Assembly: GCA_965249535.1 (NCBI GenBank)
Contig: OZ252241.1
Location: 1,212,730 to 1,276,729, forward strand
Reading direction: 5' to 3'
DNA length: 64,000 nucleotides
DNA from: Vicinamibacterales bacterium
Lineage (GTDB): Bacteria > Acidobacteriota > Vicinamibacteria > Vicinamibacterales > G965249535
In this document: positions 18,366 through 25,871 of the stretch, piece after piece
How the letters are laid out: each line of letters starts with the position of its first letter
Numbering within the stretch: position 1 is the first letter of the stretch
The notes under the pieces: generated by a model
The model's database searches: none
Told to the model about the DNA's origin: nothing
The model's input: the letters and a program-made list of their open reading frames with translations, nothing else
Translations under genes and position numbers: made by a program

Positions 18366-18977
18366 TCATGCGTCCGATTTAGCTATCTTATCTGGAATGC
18401 GGAGCTGGCCCGACACAGCCATCCCACCGGTCAGAAAAATCTTGACTCCCTCTTGGACAGTGAGTTGGGGAAACGATGCAAGCGCCCTCGGATAGATTAG
18501 CACATCGCCTAAGTATAAATGGTTAGTCGGAACGTAGACAGCAACCAGTGGTTCCGGACCGCGACCACGATCAAGGGTGAATTCTTTCGTTAGAAACCCA
18601 AGTACGAAACCCCGTGCTGGATCCTCGATAAGAACCACCCTCTTGAAACCAAATTCATTCTCGGGAGAAAACGCCGCGACCAGCTGCTTGACCGGCCCGT
18701 AGATTGCACGAAATATCGGCAAACGGAGTAGCGACTCTTCAGCACGCTGTAACATGCGCTTACCGAACATATTGGCAGCCAACACCCCTACAAGCAATAT
18801 TCCAAATAATGTAGTCAGTAACCCTAATCCTGGAACTTCTCTCCCTAGAAAACGAGCATAAAGAGGAGCCATAACCCCATCGATCAATTCAAAAATCCAG
18901 ACGAACGCAAAGATACTGATAGCGAGTGGCACAATGATAACGAAGCCAGCAACGAAGCTGCGACGAAGCCAATGCAT
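18366..18977 (-). CDS. DUF502-family membrane protein
   Basis: 203 aa with two N-terminal TM segments, then ...FKRVVLIEDPARG...VYVPTNHLYLGDV, as in DUF502 proteins. Confidence 0.75.
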   Translation of the reverse strand: MHWLRRSFVAGFVIIVPLAISIFAFVWIFELIDGVMAPLYARFLGREVPGLGLLTTLFGILLVGVLAANMFGKRMLQRAEESLLRLPIFRAIYGPVKQLVAAFSPENEFGFKRVVLIEDPARGFVLGFLTKEFTLDRGRGPEPLVAVYVPTNHLYLGDVLIYPRALASFPQLTVQEGVKIFLTGGMAVSGQLRIPDKIAKSDA

Positions 18978-19010
18978 CGGTAATCTACGTCATCCTTGGT
19001 TGACCAAAAG

Positions 19011-19802
19011 TCACGACGCGACCAACCATATCGCTATGCTACCTGCCAGGCCGAACCGATAGAAAGCAAATACGTCAAGCGAATACCTTCCCACAAAACT
19101 GATGAAATAACTTATCGTGAAATAACCGACAATGGCGGATGTTGCCACGCCGACGGCAAACAAGAGCAATTCCTCCGTCAGAAAATTTTGCCCAGAGATA
19201 ATCCACCCCTCCATGCCAGCTGCTCCGAGAACAGCCGGAACACCCAGGAGGAAAGCGACCCTAGCTGCAGCATCCCGCTGCAAACCAAACCACATCGCGG
19301 CAGCCACAACGGCGCCAGAACGTGAAACTCCAGGAATCAGTGCCGTCATTTGAGCCAAGCCGAGACCAAACGCCTCCGGCATGGTTAATGTGTTCTCATC
19401 GCGCGACTGGGAACCTTTGCGTTCTACTTTCAACAGAACGACCCCACCAATTGTTAACGCCGCAGCGACGACAACAGGCGTCCGCAGTGTGCTAACAATT
19501 GCATCACCAAAAACCAATCCGACGAACCCTATTGGAACAGTTGCCAGAGTGATCCTTCGCAGCAACTGAGCCGCGGGGACTGGGGCCCTGTTAAACACAA
19601 ACGGAAGACTCATTAGCATATCCGCCAACTTACGCCGAAAGTAAACCACAATCGCCAGTAACGTACCCACATGACAAGAGATGTCGAACAACAGACCGAA
19701 CTGGGCCAGATCCCAGCCGAATACGCGTCTGGCTATGAGAAGATGCGCTGAACTAGAAATCGGAAGAAATTCGGTTAGCCCCTGAACGACTCCGAGGACC
19801 AT
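19011..19802 (-). CDS. uppP: Undecaprenyl-diphosphatase
   Basis: GLTEFLPISSSAHL and PGVSRSG motifs. 263-aa polytopic protein. Confidence 0.93.
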   Translation of the reverse strand: MVLGVVQGLTEFLPISSSAHLLIARRVFGWDLAQFGLLFDISCHVGTLLAIVVYFRRKLADMLMSLPFVFNRAPVPAAQLLRRITLATVPIGFVGLVFGDAIVSTLRTPVVVAAALTIGGVVLLKVERKGSQSRDENTLTMPEAFGLGLAQMTALIPGVSRSGAVVAAAMWFGLQRDAAARVAFLLGVPAVLGAAGMEGWIISGQNFLTEELLLFAVGVATSAIVGYFTISYFISFVGRYSLDVFAFYRFGLAGSIAIWLVAS

Positions 19803-19816
19803 CGCGGAAAGAATCG

Positions 19817-20806
19817 TCAGGATGCCCGAACCTTTTGCGAATGTCTCTTTGAGCTTGCAGCGGCCAGAACCTGCGAAGAGGCTAGCGGGACTCTGTGCAG
19901 CGGCCGACGTTCATGCAAGAAGATTGCAACCATTGCAGCAACGAAAATGGTTGAGTAGGTGCCCACGATGATACCGACCAGCATCGTAAACGCAAACCCA
20001 CGTAGCACCTCACCCCCGAAGAGGAAGAGCGCGAGCACGGCCATCGAGGTGGTGCCTGAAGTGATAACAGTCCGACCCAGTGTGTGGTTAATGCTAGTGT
20101 TGATCACCTGATCAAACGAATCACGCCTCATGAAACGAAGGTTCTCTCGAACTCGATCAAAGATAACGATCGTATCATTCACTGAATAACCGGTAATCGC
20201 TAAAATGGCCGCTACGACGTTGAGAGATAGCTCATAACCAAAGAACAATAAAAACGATATAGTGATTAGGACATCGTGAGCAACGGCAACTACTGCACCC
20301 ACCGCAAAACTAAAACGAAATCTCAGGCCAATGTAAATCAGGATCCCTGCCATTGCTAACAAAAAGGCATATATTCCTCTCCGCTGCAAATCTCGACCAA
20401 TCACCGGTCCAACAATCTCTTGCGACAGAAGTTCGTAGGGACCTAGCTCTGCCTGCTCAATAGCACCAACGACAGCGACCGCACCCTCCTCAAGACTCGC
20501 ACCTTCCTCATGTTCAATCTGAGGTAACCGAATCAGCATCTCGTTCGCACTGCTCTCCCCGTACTGCTGAACCACCTTCTCACCAGGCACACTGCCGATC
20601 GCATCGCGTACGGTTTCTTCTGTTACCGCTTGCTCAAACCTAAGAATAACGATCGTGCCACCAGAAAAATCGATTCCCAATGGGAGACTATCCCTGACGA
20701 CAATCGTACTAATACCTGCGAATATGAGCGCCGCAGACAGAGCAAACGCGTGCCAACGCCAACGGATGAAGTTGAAGTTCGAATTCTGAAAAACCTGTAC
20801 CGACAT
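19817..20806 (-). CDS. secF: Protein translocase subunit SecF
   Basis: FNFIRWR..., GIDFSGGT and YSVNDTIVIFDRVRE motifs. It lies downstream of secD. Confidence 0.95.
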   Translation of the reverse strand: MSVQVFQNSNFNFIRWRWHAFALSAALIFAGISTIVVRDSLPLGIDFSGGTIVILRFEQAVTEETVRDAIGSVPGEKVVQQYGESSANEMLIRLPQIEHEEGASLEEGAVAVVGAIEQAELGPYELLSQEIVGPVIGRDLQRRGIYAFLLAMAGILIYIGLRFRFSFAVGAVVAVAHDVLITISFLLFFGYELSLNVVAAILAITGYSVNDTIVIFDRVRENLRFMRRDSFDQVINTSINHTLGRTVITSGTTSMAVLALFLFGGEVLRGFAFTMLVGIIVGTYSTIFVAAMVAIFLHERRPLHRVPLASSQVLAAASSKRHSQKVRAS

Positions 20807-20898
20807 CTGAGCACCAAATAGGCAAGAGCCAACAAAAGTAACAGCTGCCAGTAACGAACGAAGTCAAGCGACTAATCGTCCAAAGGCCCGTTCATTTC

Positions 20899-22464
20899 TT
20901 ATATGCTCAATCTACTTACGCGACGTTGAGACAATATAAGTTCGAACAAGCTGCGAGAAACAAATACAGCTGTAAACACATTAGAAATCAGTCCAAAAAA
21001 CAGTGTTGTGGCAAATCCTTTGATTGGTCCTGAACCAAATTGAAAAAGGCATGCAGCAGCAATGAGAGACGCCACATGGGTATCGAGAATCGTTATAAAC
21101 ACACGATTGAATCCGGCTGCTACGGCCGCTCGCACTGTCTTTCCCGTCCTTAACTCCTCCTTGATCCGTTCGAAGATTAAAACGTTTGAGTCCACACCCA
21201 TACCGATAATCAGAATGAAACCGGCAATGCCTGGTAGAGTTAGTACGGCATCTATGTAGGCCATAAACCCAAGGAGGATAACTAGGTTTAGCGCCAGTGC
21301 CAGAATCGCGTTGATGCCAGCCAGCTTGTAGTACGCAAGCATGAAGAAAGCCACAAGCGCCAATCCCGTCAGGGATGCCGTCACACCCGCCCGAATGGAA
21401 TCAACCCCCAGGGTCGGACCCACCGTACGTTCCTCCAGGTATGTCAGCGAGGCTGGGAGCGCACCCGACCGCAGTTTCAAAGCCAAATCCGCTGCCTCCT
21501 GTTGAGTGAACTGACCCGTAATCTCACCTTCATCCGTTATCCGACTCTGAATAGTGGGAGCCGTTTGAACCTGATTGTCAAGAATTACTGCGAGTTGTCT
21601 CCCGATATTTTGGCTAGTTACCTGCCCAAACTTGCGTGCACCGTCACGGTTAAGTGAGAAGCTAACGGCCGGTTGGTTATTCTCGTCAAGCGTTTGACGT
21701 GCAGACCGGAGATCGCGTCCGGTAACGGCCGCTACCCGTCGAACAAGGTAGTACACCGTGTTCGGTGTTCCACTGAGAACATTGTCCACACCAGACACAA
21801 CTTCCATGTCAGATGATGCTTCATCACCACCCGGAAGCAGCCGTGCCAGAGCCTCACGCGAAGGAGCGGGACCTTCCTCGACCAATTTCAGTTCAAGGAG
21901 AGCAGTCGACCGAATTATTTCCTTTGCGCGACCAACATCACTCACCCCTGGCAATTGAACTAGAATTTGGTCACCAGTTCCCCCATGTGGGGCTACCATC
22001 GGCTCAGTCACGCCTAGCTCATTAACGCGACGTTCAATCGTCTGAAGAGCCTGCCGCACTGATTCATCCCTTAAGAACTGCTCGACATTGGGCAACAGTG
22101 TAAACGTGTACGATCTTCCATCAACAGACGCGGCATAACTTGCCTGCAGTTGTTCGTCCGTGACTTCAAGGAACTCAGTCTCTCGATCTTGAGGCACGTC
22201 CTCAATCCGTAGCTGCGTTGCATCTAACACTGTCATTGATCCAACCGTTATGTCACGTAACTCAAACTCCTTCCGAAGCTGCTCCATACTCGCCTCAGTC
22301 TCCACTCGTAACGCATCATCTGTCTGCACACGGAGAATCAAATGCACCCCGCCTCTTAGATCCAAACCCAACCGTACACGCTCACTCGGTGGATAAATCG
22401 CCCAGGCAGCGAGACCTGTAAGGAGGATGATCAAAACGAATTTCCAGCGGAGGTTAGTCCTCAT
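20899..22464 (-). CDS. secD: Protein translocase subunit SecD
   Basis: LGLDLRGGVHL, a periplasmic domain, and GMGVDSNVLIFERIKEE. 521 aa. Confidence 0.95.
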   Translation of the reverse strand: MRTNLRWKFVLIILLTGLAAWAIYPPSERVRLGLDLRGGVHLILRVQTDDALRVETEASMEQLRKEFELRDITVGSMTVLDATQLRIEDVPQDRETEFLEVTDEQLQASYAASVDGRSYTFTLLPNVEQFLRDESVRQALQTIERRVNELGVTEPMVAPHGGTGDQILVQLPGVSDVGRAKEIIRSTALLELKLVEEGPAPSREALARLLPGGDEASSDMEVVSGVDNVLSGTPNTVYYLVRRVAAVTGRDLRSARQTLDENNQPAVSFSLNRDGARKFGQVTSQNIGRQLAVILDNQVQTAPTIQSRITDEGEITGQFTQQEAADLALKLRSGALPASLTYLEERTVGPTLGVDSIRAGVTASLTGLALVAFFMLAYYKLAGINAILALALNLVILLGFMAYIDAVLTLPGIAGFILIIGMGVDSNVLIFERIKEELRTGKTVRAAVAAGFNRVFITILDTHVASLIAAACLFQFGSGPIKGFATTLFFGLISNVFTAVFVSRSLFELILSQRRVSRLSI

Positions 22465-22547
22465 AACTTCTCGAAATGCTCCTAGGCCAGTACCTCACTG
22501 ATGACAAGCGCATCATAGACACCCGACCGCAGAGTCGCACAAAGTAT

Positions 22548-22904
22548 TCAGACGTTTCTGGATTCGGTCACGACAGGCTCCTGACCCTGGTACCCGCCAA
22601 TGGCAACCCGTGAAATCTCAACCCTGACCTTGTCAGCGATCTGTAGCTGGACAGACCGCTCATTCAACTTGGTGATAGTACCGTATATACCGCTCGTTGT
22701 AACAATTCGGTCACCGACTTTAAGTGAAGCCTGAAATTCTTGGACTTTCCGCTGTCGCTTCTTCATCGGCATCAGGATAATGAAGTAGAAAATGCCCAGA
22801 ATCATCGCGAACGGCAGGAACTGTACGAAAAGGCTACCTCCTCCTTCGGGTGGAGTAGCCATGGCAAGTAGTGCCAAACGTGCGTATAAGTCAGTTTCGA
22901 CCAT
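22548..22904 (-). CDS. yajC: Preprotein translocase subunit YajC
   Basis: ...FYFIILMPMKKRQRK...LKVGDRIVTTSGIYGTI. The start may be ATG 22862. Confidence 0.88.
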   Translation of the reverse strand: MVETDLYARLALLAMATPPEGGGSLFVQFLPFAMILGIFYFIILMPMKKRQRKVQEFQASLKVGDRIVTTSGIYGTITKLNERSVQLQIADKVRVEISRVAIGGYQGQEPVVTESRNV

Positions 22905-23022
22905 GGATCTATTACTCGCCGTTCACCCGCATGTGGACTGACTGGATCCCCACCCCTAGCTAGCACGATGATGCCAGCAACCGGCGTGGGGCTCAAAGCT
23001 GCCTCCCAATCGCACGGGGGGG

Positions 23023-24183
23023 CTACGGGCGGCGGGAGGATATCTGGTGGTACGCTTGTCTGAACCTTCCGAACGTGCCGGAAACAATAGCCTCTCTAAT
23101 CTGTCGCATGGTGTCAAGGTAAAACCACAGATTGTGGAGCGTATTAAGAGTTGCCGCAGTCATTTCTCTGTTCATGAAAAGGTGCCTCAAGTACGCCCGT
23201 GAAAAATGTCTACATGTGTAACAACTACAAGATGGATCAGGAGGGAGCTGATCATCGGCATAACGTGAGTGCTTGATAACGAGGCGACCTTGCCGCGTAA
23301 AAAGCTGACCATTTCGAGCGTTTCTAGTAGGTAAAACACAATCAAACAGATCGATGCCTCGGGCAACCGCCTCTACAAGATCCTCTGGAGTACCGCTGCC
23401 CATCAGGTAGCGTGGCAAATCCACAGGGAGTATGTCAGCAGTCTGGGCCACCAAGTCGTATGTCATCTCAGCTGGTTCACCAAGACCGAGTCCTCCGATA
23501 GCATAGGCATCAAAGCCTACTTCCAATGTCTCATGCGTACTTATCTCTCGAAGTTTCGGATAGACACCACCTTGAACGATCCCAAACTGGACTTGGCTGG
23601 GATTCGTGACTAGGACGTCTGCCGCTCCTTGGCACCGGTTTTTGACCGACAAGAATCGATCCCTGCCGCGACGCGCCCAGCGAAGCGTACGTTCCATGGA
23701 AATACGAGCTTCATCAATAGTTGCTGGGTATGCCGTGCACTCATCCAGAACCATAGCGATATCGGAACCAAGTCGTAGCTGAATCTCCGTAGCGTTCTCC
23801 GGTGTTAATGAATGATTGCTACCATCCAGGTATGAGCGAAATCGGGCACCCTCTTCGTCAATAGTTCTCATCGAACCGAGACTAAGCAGTTGGTAGCCAC
23901 CGCTGTCTGTAAGAATCGGACGTGACCAACCAATGAAACGATGTAACCCACCGCAACGCGCAACAAAATCATCGCCGGGGCGCAGGTGCAAGTGGTAGGT
24001 ATTTGCAAGAAGAATTTCAGTTCCCACATCTAAAAGATCACGATGGGTCAGCGCCTTGACTGCGCCCCGAGTTCCAACAGGAAGAAATGCAGGTGTGGCG
24101 ACAACTCCGTGAGCAGTCGTCATTTCACCGCGGCGCGCAGTGCCATCTCGGTTTGTGACTTTGAATTCGAAGGTCTCACTCAC
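23023..24183 (-). CDS. tgt: Queuine tRNA-ribosyltransferase (tRNA-guanine transglycosylase)
   Basis: LTDSGGYQ, a zinc site CSCYTCRHFSRAYLRHL, and the conserved tgt-yajC-secDF order. Confidence 0.95.
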   Translation of the reverse strand: MSETFEFKVTNRDGTARRGEMTTAHGVVATPAFLPVGTRGAVKALTHRDLLDVGTEILLANTYHLHLRPGDDFVARCGGLHRFIGWSRPILTDSGGYQLLSLGSMRTIDEEGARFRSYLDGSNHSLTPENATEIQLRLGSDIAMVLDECTAYPATIDEARISMERTLRWARRGRDRFLSVKNRCQGAADVLVTNPSQVQFGIVQGGVYPKLREISTHETLEVGFDAYAIGGLGLGEPAEMTYDLVAQTADILPVDLPRYLMGSGTPEDLVEAVARGIDLFDCVLPTRNARNGQLFTRQGRLVIKHSRYADDQLPPDPSCSCYTCRHFSRAYLRHLFMNREMTAATLNTLHNLWFYLDTMRQIREAIVSGTFGRFRQAYHQISSRRP

Positions 24184-24287
24184 TGGGGTATACTGATTGT
24201 AGAATTACCGGCACCCTAAAACGTTCTTGCGATGGCCGTGAACTCCCGGCCACCTTGTACCCTTAACACGAAACCCTAGGAACGCAA

Positions 24288-25466
24288 GTGAAACGACTCC
24301 GCGTCGGTGTGATCTACGGTGGTCGATCGAGTGAGCATGAGGTGTCAGTGGCATCGGCGACCTCAGTAATAAACAATCTCGATCGCACTCGGTATGAACC
24401 AATCCCACTCCTCATCGAAAAAGATGGTCGGTGGACTCTCCCAGATGAACAACCAACTGCCACATCCGCTGCAGAAGTCATCGCACGTACGCCTTCTGAT
24501 GCAACGCAACCCCACCAGCTCACTCACGAAACACATTTAGTGGGACGACCGGGTAAGGCAACTTTGTTGACCATCAGCAGCGATGATACCGGACCTGAGT
24601 GTGCCCCAGGTGTCACAAGAGCCCTTATTACCAGTTTGGCGCTCGATTTAATCTTTCCCGTGTTGCACGGTCCGTATGGTGAGGACGGTACGGTACAAGG
24701 ATTGCTAGAGTTGGCCAACATCCCCTATGTGGGCGCCCCAGTTTTAGCGTCAGCACTAGGAATGGATAAAGCGATCATGAAAGTTCTCTTTGCGACACGA
24801 CGGCTCCCAGTAGTCAAGCATGTGATTGTTTGGAGAAGCGACTGGAAAGTCGACCGAGCGCGAGCGATGACCGCCGTGACTAAACACCTATCATTCCCAA
24901 TGTTCGTAAAACCGACTAATCTCGGCTCGAGCATTGGGATCACTAAAGCAAAAACTTCATCAAAGCTAGAAGGCGCACTCAACTACGCAAGTGAATTTGA
25001 CCGAAAGATTATAGTCGAGGAAGCGGTACCGAATGCCCGTGAGATCGAGTGCGCAGTACTTGGAAACGATCGGCCGGAAACATCCGTGCCGGGCGAAATC
25101 CTCCCAACTCAGGAGTTCTACAACTACCAAGCCAAGTACCTCGATACGAATTCCAGGCTATTAATCCCCGCCCCACTGACCGAAAAACAAACAAAGAAAA
25201 TCCGCCGGCTCGCCCTTGAAACTTTCCGGGCCATCGAAGGAGCGGGAATGGCTCGCGTGGACTTTCTCATGACCCGCAATAGCGGAAGGATTTATGTTAA
25301 TGAAGTAAATACCATCCCGGGATTCACCACCATCAGTATGTATGCCAAGTTATGGGAGGCTAGCGGCGTTCGCTACCCAATCCTCCTCGACCGACTCATT
25401 GATCTTGCGCTGGAACGTCACGCTGAAAAACAACAGTTGCGCACGAGCCTACCGTTAAGTTATTGA
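24288..25466 (+). CDS. ddl: D-alanine--D-alanine ligase
   Basis: VGVIYGGRSSEHEVS, HGPYGEDGTVQGLLE and EVNTIPGFT. GTG start. Confidence 0.93.
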   Translation: MKRLRVGVIYGGRSSEHEVSVASATSVINNLDRTRYEPIPLLIEKDGRWTLPDEQPTATSAAEVIARTPSDATQPHQLTHETHLVGRPGKATLLTISSDDTGPECAPGVTRALITSLALDLIFPVLHGPYGEDGTVQGLLELANIPYVGAPVLASALGMDKAIMKVLFATRRLPVVKHVIVWRSDWKVDRARAMTAVTKHLSFPMFVKPTNLGSSIGITKAKTSSKLEGALNYASEFDRKIIVEEAVPNAREIECAVLGNDRPETSVPGEILPTQEFYNYQAKYLDTNSRLLIPAPLTEKQTKKIRRLALETFRAIEGAGMARVDFLMTRNSGRIYVNEVNTIPGFTTISMYAKLWEASGVRYPILLDRLIDLALERHAEKQQLRTSLPLSY

Positions 25467-25606
25467 AGGAGATCCCTAACTGAGAAAATAATCTCGTCTC
25501 CTCTGTCACGAACAACAACATGGATTTTTTATCTTTGGGATTGTTGATGACCGGTCGATGATGTTTTTTGTGAGCAAAAAAAACTTAACTAAAGTGCAGT
25601 TTGTAC

Positions 25607-25636
25607 TTGACAGATTACTTCTCTCATCCATATTCT
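25607..25636 (+). promoter_or_regulatory. Putative strong sigma70-type promoter of the micro-ORF unit
   Basis: TTGACA (25607-12), an 18-nt spacer, then TATTCT (25631-36). It is preceded by an A/T-rich, UP-like tract (25540-25600). Confidence 0.5.
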
Positions 25637-25728
25637 ACATCTTGTATGAAGGCGGATCGCTCACTCCACCTGTTGGGATATCCCGGCACCGGACACTAAG
25701 TTGAGCAGCCACATGCCAAGGGGGACGA

Positions 25729-25770
25729 ATGGCTAAAAAGGCTAAAGCTAAAGGCGCGAAGAAGAAGTAA
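25729..25770 (+). CDS. 13-codon micro-ORF MAKKAKAKGAKKK (candidate polycationic micro-protein, or an ORF carried on an sRNA)
   Basis: AAGGGGGA ends 3 nt before the ATG. An in-frame TGA at 25702 excludes a longer form. The ORF lies between the promoter above and the terminator below. Confidence 0.35.
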   Translation: MAKKAKAKGAKKK

Positions 25771-25787
25771 GTCGTCTTCATTCGCAA

Positions 25788-25820
25788 GAAAAGGGGGCGA
25801 CCGTCGTCCCCTTTTCTCTG
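25788..25820. terminator. Bidirectional intrinsic terminator (serves the micro-ORF unit and the convergent PPIase gene)
   Basis: GAAAAGGGGGCG (25788-99) pairs with CGTCCCCTTTTC (25805-16), with one G-U pair and a 5-nt loop. An A-run precedes it and TTTTCTCT follows, so a U-tract is available on both strands. Confidence 0.75.
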
Positions 25821-25871
25821 TACAGCGGCAAGGAATAAGTCCCTCTCAAGAGATCTCCATACTTAGTAGCG

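Noticed and set aside
25640-25728. The leader of the micro-ORF contains GAGCAGCC, reminiscent of the SRP (4.5S) RNA domain IV AGCAGCC.
   Set aside because: The surrounding GGUCC-GNRA-GGA tetraloop helix and the symmetric and asymmetric loop context of SRP RNA are absent.
25729-25820. The Lys-rich micro-ORF followed by a terminator, considered as a classical leader-peptide transcription attenuator (7 Lys codons).
   Set aside because: There is no same-strand gene downstream; the next gene is convergent. I could not find an antiterminator alternative pairing. The stop codon lies 17 nt before the hairpin. The unit is kept as a finding, but not as an attenuator.
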